A stretch of DNA of 64,000 nucleotides from Chloroflexota bacterium (GTDB lineage Bacteria; Chloroflexota; Dehalococcoidia; SM23-28-2; JACOUE01): contig JACOUE010000041.1 of the NCBI GenBank assembly GCA_016178045.1, positions 5,627-69,626 on the forward strand. The letters are read 5' to 3'. The notes under the pieces were generated by a model. That model worked only from the letters and a program-made list of their open reading frames with translations, ran no database searches and was not told where the DNA came from. Position 1 is the stretch's first letter, and each line of letters starts with the position of its first letter. Of this stretch, positions 59,668-64,000 are shown one piece after another. The translations under genes and the position numbers were made by a program.

Positions 59668-59673
59668 GAGCAC

Positions 59674-59792
59674 GCTCTCCGAGCGGTCAAGTAGCACCGC
59701 CAGGGAGAAGGGTTCCGCAAGGGCGGAAGGGCAACCGGAAGCCCGAGCGAGGCCCGGAAACCAGGCGAAATGCGAACAATCACTCGGGGAGC
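59674..59792 (+). ncRNA. Candidate structured small RNA of unknown family
   Basis: Terminal stem GCTCTCCGAGCGGT/ATCACTCGGGGAGC, AGTA/GAA internal loop, GCA/TGC and CGCC/GGCG stems, GCAA tetraloop; promoter before and terminator after. Confidence 0.65.
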
Positions 59793-59823
59793 TGTCATTT
59801 TATAGGTTCCCCGCACCCCCCAG

Positions 59824-59859
59824 AACGTAGGGTCCCGACTTCTCGGGGCCCTACGTTTT
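59824..59859. terminator. Intrinsic terminator between convergent units
   Basis: AACGTAGGGTCCCGA-CTTC-TCGGGGCCCTACGTT followed by TT. Confidence 0.7.
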
Positions 59860-59863
59860 AGCC

Positions 59864-60631
59864 CTACCGCCCTTTGTATACCGGCGGCCGCTTCTCCAGC
59901 CACGCCCGCGCCGCCTCGAGGGCGTCCTCAGACACCTCCAGCTTGCGGATCCGCTTCTCGCTGTAGCTGTAGGCCTCGTCCGGGACGCGGGGGCGGACCA
60001 TGGCCAGCAGCTCCTTCGTCGTCCTCAGCGCCAGCGGCGGCAGCGCGGCGATGCGCCTGGCCCAGGCCAGCGTCTCTTCCATCAGCCTTTCGTCCGGCAC
60101 CACCTTGTTGACCAGGCCCATCTCATAGGCCCGCCCGGCGCTCAGCCGGAAGCCGTAAGCCACCTCTGCCGCCTCCGACGCGGTGAGCCCGAACGTGATT
60201 TGCCAGTCCCACCCGGCGAAGATCCCCCGCTCGATCTCCAGCATTCCGATCTCCGCGCTCTCGGTGGCGATGCGCAGGTCGGCCCGCATCGCCATAGTCA
60301 GCCCCCCGCCGAAGGCGTAGCCGTTGACCGCGGCGATGGCCGGCTTCAGCAGCGTCCGCTTGTCGTACGGGTTGTCGAGGGCGCGGGTGTCGGGCGGGAT
60401 GTTGGTCAGCCGGTCCTCGGCCGCCTCCTTGATGTCCAATCCCACGCAGAAGGCGCGACCATTCCCCGTCAGCACCGCCACCCGGGCCGAGTCGTCGTCG
60501 CGGAAGCGTTGCCACGCCTCGGCCAGCTCCTGCATCATCGCCCGGCTACACGAGTTCAACCGCTCCGGCCGGTTCATGCGGATGACGGTGACCGGCCCGT
60601 CCTGCTCGTAGACCACGTACTGCCAGCTCAT
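59864..60631 (-). CDS. Enoyl-CoA hydratase/isomerase
   Basis: MNRPERLN, AFCVGLD, AVNGYAFGGG, EKRPPVYKGR. Confidence 0.9.
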   Translation of the reverse strand: MSWQYVVYEQDGPVTVIRMNRPERLNSCSRAMMQELAEAWQRFRDDDSARVAVLTGNGRAFCVGLDIKEAAEDRLTNIPPDTRALDNPYDKRTLLKPAIAAVNGYAFGGGLTMAMRADLRIATESAEIGMLEIERGIFAGWDWQITFGLTASEAAEVAYGFRLSAGRAYEMGLVNKVVPDERLMEETLAWARRIAALPPLALRTTKELLAMVRPRVPDEAYSYSEKRIRKLEVSEDALEAARAWLEKRPPVYKGR

Positions 60632-60726
60632 CGTCGTGCCTCCGTGAGGAACGTAATCTGGACGAACGGCGCCGCCTGCTCGTCGGCAGGGGGCCCGGGT
60701 CGGTTACCTGTCGTGCGACTGGTCCC

Positions 60727-61065
60727 TCAACCGGCTGAAGGGCTCTCGGCCGTCTCCGGCGGCAGGACCAGCTTCGTGCCCAGCTTGGCGTCTATCTCCC
60801 CGGCCAGGGCGAAGTCCCGGTCCGTCAGGGCCTTCTCGCTGTGGGTGATGAGGCGCAGGGTGACCTTGTTGTAGTTGATGGCGATGTCCGGGTGGTGACC
60901 GGCGGACTCCGCGAGGTACGCCACCGAGTTCACGAAGGCAATGGCTCGCAGGAAGGTCCGGAACGTGTACTGCTTGCGCAGGCGGCTGTCGCGCAGCTCC
61001 CACCCCTCGAGCGCCTTCAGCCCGTCCTGCACCTCGTCGTCGGAAAGCACTCTCGGCTCCGCCAT
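60727..61065 (-). CDS. Pterin-4a-carbinolamine dehydratase
   Basis: AE..GHHPDI, TH, LT..D..LA. Confidence 0.92.
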   Translation of the reverse strand: MAEPRVLSDDEVQDGLKALEGWELRDSRLRKQYTFRTFLRAIAFVNSVAYLAESAGHHPDIAINYNKVTLRLITHSEKALTDRDFALAGEIDAKLGTKLVLPPETAESPSAG

Positions 61066-61139
61066 GGCCCGTCACCTCGCGCCGACAGAATAGCACGGCC
61101 CTGACTCCCTATGCCATAATTGGGCGAGAGAGGTGCCCC

Positions 61140-61778
61140 TTGGCCATCTATGACGTTACCGTGCCCCTTTCCGCGGGCATGCCCACCTACCCGGGCGAGC
61201 CGGGCCCCCGCCTCCACCCCCTCAAGCAGATCTCCCGCGGCGACTCGGCCAACGTCACCTCACTGTTCATGGGCGCCCACACCGGCACCCACGTCGACGC
61301 CCCCCACCACTTCCTCACCGGCAGCGCGACGATCGAAGAGCTGCCGGTGGACGCCCTGGTCGGGCCCTGCCGGCTGGTCGAACTGCCCCACGCCGGGACC
61401 ATCACCGCCGAAGACCTGGAGGCGGCGGGCCTGCCCCGGGTCGAGCGGCTCCTCCTGAAGACCAGCAACTCTAGCCTCTGGCGCGACGACGAGTTCCACA
61501 GCGACTTCGCCCACATCAGCGGCGACGCCGCCCGCTGGCTCATCAAGCGCGGCGTGCGCCTGGTGGGCATCGACTACCTCTCCATCGAGCAGTTCCGCTC
61601 GCCCACGCATGAGGTGCACCGCACGCTGCTGGCGTCGGGGGTGGTCATCCTGGAGGGGCTGGACCTGCGCCAGGTTCCGGAAGGCGACTACTTCCTGGTC
61701 TGCGCGCCGCTGAAACTGGTCGGCGGCGACGGCGCCCCCGCCCGCGTCTTCCTCCTCGACGAAGCCTCCCGCCCGTGA
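61140..61778 (+). CDS. Cyclase-family protein (kynurenine formamidase-like)
   Basis: HTGTHVDAP.H, GIDYLS, DGAPARV. Confidence 0.92.
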   Translation: MAIYDVTVPLSAGMPTYPGEPGPRLHPLKQISRGDSANVTSLFMGAHTGTHVDAPHHFLTGSATIEELPVDALVGPCRLVELPHAGTITAEDLEAAGLPRVERLLLKTSNSSLWRDDEFHSDFAHISGDAARWLIKRGVRLVGIDYLSIEQFRSPTHEVHRTLLASGVVILEGLDLRQVPEGDYFLVCAPLKLVGGDGAPARVFLLDEASRP

Positions 61779-61808
61779 CCCTGGACGGAGAGGCGGTAAG
61801 ACGTATCG

Positions 61809-63071
61809 CTAGAAGATGACCTGTCGCTGCTTGAGGGCGCCGATCTCCTCCGCCGACCTCCCCAGCAGCTCCCCGAAGACGTAGTCGTTGTCCTGGCCCA
61901 GGGTCGGCGCCGCCCGCCAGACCTGGCACGGTGTCTCCGACATCCGCCAGGGGATGCCGGCGTGCTTGCGTATTCCCACCTCCGGGTGCTCCTTCTCCAC
62001 GAAGAAGCCCCCAGCGTTAAGGTTAGGGTCTTCCCCGAGCTGGAAGTTGGCCAGCGGCGGGAACGCCGCCACCCTGGCCTGCTGCAGCTTCTCCGACACT
62101 TCGAACGGGTCGTGCTGGGACGTCCACTCCTCCACGATGCCCTCGAGGTCGTCCTCGTTGGCCTTGCGGCCGGCCATGGTGCGGAAGCGGGCGTCGTCCG
62201 CTACTTCCGGGCGACCCATGGCCTCGCACAGCCTTCGCCACTCGTCGTCGGAGCCGCAGGCGATGCTCACCCAGCGGTCTTCCGGAAGGACCCCCGGCGG
62301 CAGGTCGCCCGTGGCCGGGCCGCAGCGGAACACGCCGTGCGGCGCCATGAGCGGGTCGCGGTTGCCCACGAGCGGTGGCTGCTCCCCGTTCATAGACTGG
62401 CCCAGGATCGCGTCGCCGATGACGGCCATCGTCGACTCCCACTGGGACATGTCGATGTACTGCCCCCTTCCCGTGCGCTCGCGGTGCCAGAGCGCGGCCA
62501 GGACGGCGAAGGCGCCGTGGAGGCCGGCGTTGGGGTCGCCGTAGGACATGCCCACGTGCCCCGGGCGATCCATGTCGGTGTACCCGGTGAGGGTGGAGAG
62601 GCCGGCCAGCGGCACCTGGGCCGGTCCGTAGGAGACGTACGTGCTCTCCGGCCCCGTCTGGCCGTAGCCCGAGAGGCTGATCATGATGATGTCCGGCTTC
62701 ACCTGTCGCAGCGCCTCGTAGCCCAGGCCCAGCCGCTCGAGCACGCCCGCCGCGAAGTTCTCCACGGCGATGTCGCTCATGGCGACGATCCGCTTCGCCA
62801 GCTCCGCCCCTTCCGGCTGCGTCAGGTCCAGCTGGATGCTGCGCTTCCCCTGGTTGTACTGGTTGAAGTAGCCGGCGCGGTTGGGGCCCGGCTGCCCCTC
62901 GGCCCAGGGCGGGAGCATGCGGAGGACGTCGATCCGCTTCGTCGTCTCGATGCGGATCACCTCCGCCCCCATGTGCGCGAGCTGGAGGGTGCAGAAGGGC
63001 CCGGCCCACACCCAGGTGAAGTCGGTGACTCGTATGCCGTTGAGGGGGCCTTCTCGATTTTCCGCCGTCAT
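61809..63071 (-). CDS. CaiB/BaiF family III CoA-transferase
   Basis: PLNGIRVTDFTWVWAGP, NQGKRS, ENF, APTLGQDN. Confidence 0.92.
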   Translation of the reverse strand: MTAENREGPLNGIRVTDFTWVWAGPFCTLQLAHMGAEVIRIETTKRIDVLRMLPPWAEGQPGPNRAGYFNQYNQGKRSIQLDLTQPEGAELAKRIVAMSDIAVENFAAGVLERLGLGYEALRQVKPDIIMISLSGYGQTGPESTYVSYGPAQVPLAGLSTLTGYTDMDRPGHVGMSYGDPNAGLHGAFAVLAALWHRERTGRGQYIDMSQWESTMAVIGDAILGQSMNGEQPPLVGNRDPLMAPHGVFRCGPATGDLPPGVLPEDRWVSIACGSDDEWRRLCEAMGRPEVADDARFRTMAGRKANEDDLEGIVEEWTSQHDPFEVSEKLQQARVAAFPPLANFQLGEDPNLNAGGFFVEKEHPEVGIRKHAGIPWRMSETPCQVWRAAPTLGQDNDYVFGELLGRSAEEIGALKQRQVIF

Positions 63072-63192
63072 GATGGGTAATCACTCTCGGCCCCGCGCCC
63101 TGAAGTGCGCGGCTCACAGTGGTCGCCTGAAGGCGCCGCCTTCAGGCGGCGGTCCAGAAGAAGGGCCCAGAGACAGCTCGATGATCGCATGG

Positions 63193-64000
63193 CTACAGGG
63201 CGCCCGCCTCCCGAACGCTGCGCAGCTCATCGCCGGACAGGCCGAGCAGCCCGCCGAAGACAGCCTCGTTGTGCTGGCCGAGGGTGGGTGCTGGCGAGCG
63301 GATGGCCCAGGGCGTCCCGCTCAGCTTGTACGGCGCGCCGGCGTACTTGTGCTTCCCCGCTAGCGGGTGGGCCACTTCGACGAAGAAGCCGCGCGCCTTC
63401 AGGTGTTCGGAGTCCAGGAGGTCGGCCATAGTGGAGGCCGGCGCGAAGGGAATGCGCCGCTGCTGCGCCGCGTGATAGAGGTCTCTCACCGTCCACTCGC
63501 TGACCCACTCCTCCAGGAACGGCCGCAGGGCGTCGTAGTTGGAGGCGCGCACCAGCCGGTTGGCGAACACCTCCCACGTCGTCCACTCCGGGCTGCCCAT
63601 CAGCTCGACGAAGCGGTGCCACTGCTCCTCCTCCACGCATAGGACGAAGATCCAGCCGTCCTTGCACTGGAAGAAATCGACCGGCTGGATGGGGCGCTGG
63701 CCCCAGCGGACGGCAGTGAGACGCATGTAGGGCCAGAAGGTGTAGGTCATCTCGATCTCGGCGGCGATGCACTCCTGGCCGGAGACGTCGATGTGCTGGC
63801 CCGCGCCGTTTTGCAGCCGGTGCAGGAGGGCACCCATGGTGACGACGGCGCCCGTCGCTCCCGACTGGTACTCCGTCTGCTGGCCGTACGCCTTCAGCGG
63901 CGGCATCTCGGGCCGGCCGGGCCAGCCGTTCAGCCAGGCCCAGCCGCCGGCGCACGATACGGTGAGGTCGTACGCCTTGTAGTCGCGGTAGGGGCCGTCC
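63193..64000 (-). CDS. CaiB/BaiF family III CoA-transferase, 5' part outside the window
   Basis: GQHIDVS, CKDGW, APTLGQHN; frame open to the window end. Confidence 0.88.
   Translation of the reverse strand, partial: DGPYRDYKAYDLTVSCAGGWAWLNGWPGRPEMPPLKAYGQQTEYQSGATGAVVTMGALLHRLQNGAGQHIDVSGQECIAAEIEMTYTFWPYMRLTAVRWGQRPIQPVDFFQCKDGWIFVLCVEEEQWHRFVELMGSPEWTTWEVFANRLVRASNYDALRPFLEEWVSEWTVRDLYHAAQQRRIPFAPASTMADLLDSEHLKARGFFVEVAHPLAGKHKYAGAPYKLSGTPWAIRSPAPTLGQHNEAVFGGLLGLSGDELRSVREAGAL

Noticed and set aside
59603-59830. 75-aa ORF over the sRNA region
   Set aside because: Starts upstream of the promoter, lacks coding bias; RNA structure explains the region better

Overview
High-GC bacterial window, probably an anaerobic or facultative Chloroflexota (Dehalococcoidia-like) genome; the taxonomy is inferred from gene content only. 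It is densely coding and dominated by acyl-CoA and redox metabolism: a tungsten aldehyde oxidoreductase operon, acetate-CoA ligase, a Re-citrate-synthase-like enzyme, a nearly complete ethylmalonyl-CoA-type cluster (interrupted by a HicAB toxin-antitoxin pair), four CaiB/BaiF CoA-transferases, several crotonases, MaoC dehydratases and thiolases, thiol-redox genes and two CysRS-family genes. Main features missed by the ORF track: (1) a 74-aa glutaredoxin-like gene (9369-9593) with two in-frame UGA codons, each followed exactly 11 nt later by a SECIS-like hairpin, i.e. a probable double selenoprotein; (2) a probable C-terminal Sec extension of a redoxin at 40017; (3) two tandem lower-GC cassettes (47275-50076), each with a copy of the same promoter driving an anchored-protein plus secreted-protein pair, separated by an exact 45-bp duplicate of the 3' end of an acyl-CoA dehydrogenase gene; (4) a stand-alone structured small RNA (59674-59792) with its own promoter and terminator; (5) a structured leader before a zinc-ribbon gene; (6) nested REP-like repeats, one in frame inside a thiolase gene. 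Several genes carry deletion-type lesions that could be real decay or assembly errors. All calls come from reading motifs; no database searches were run.
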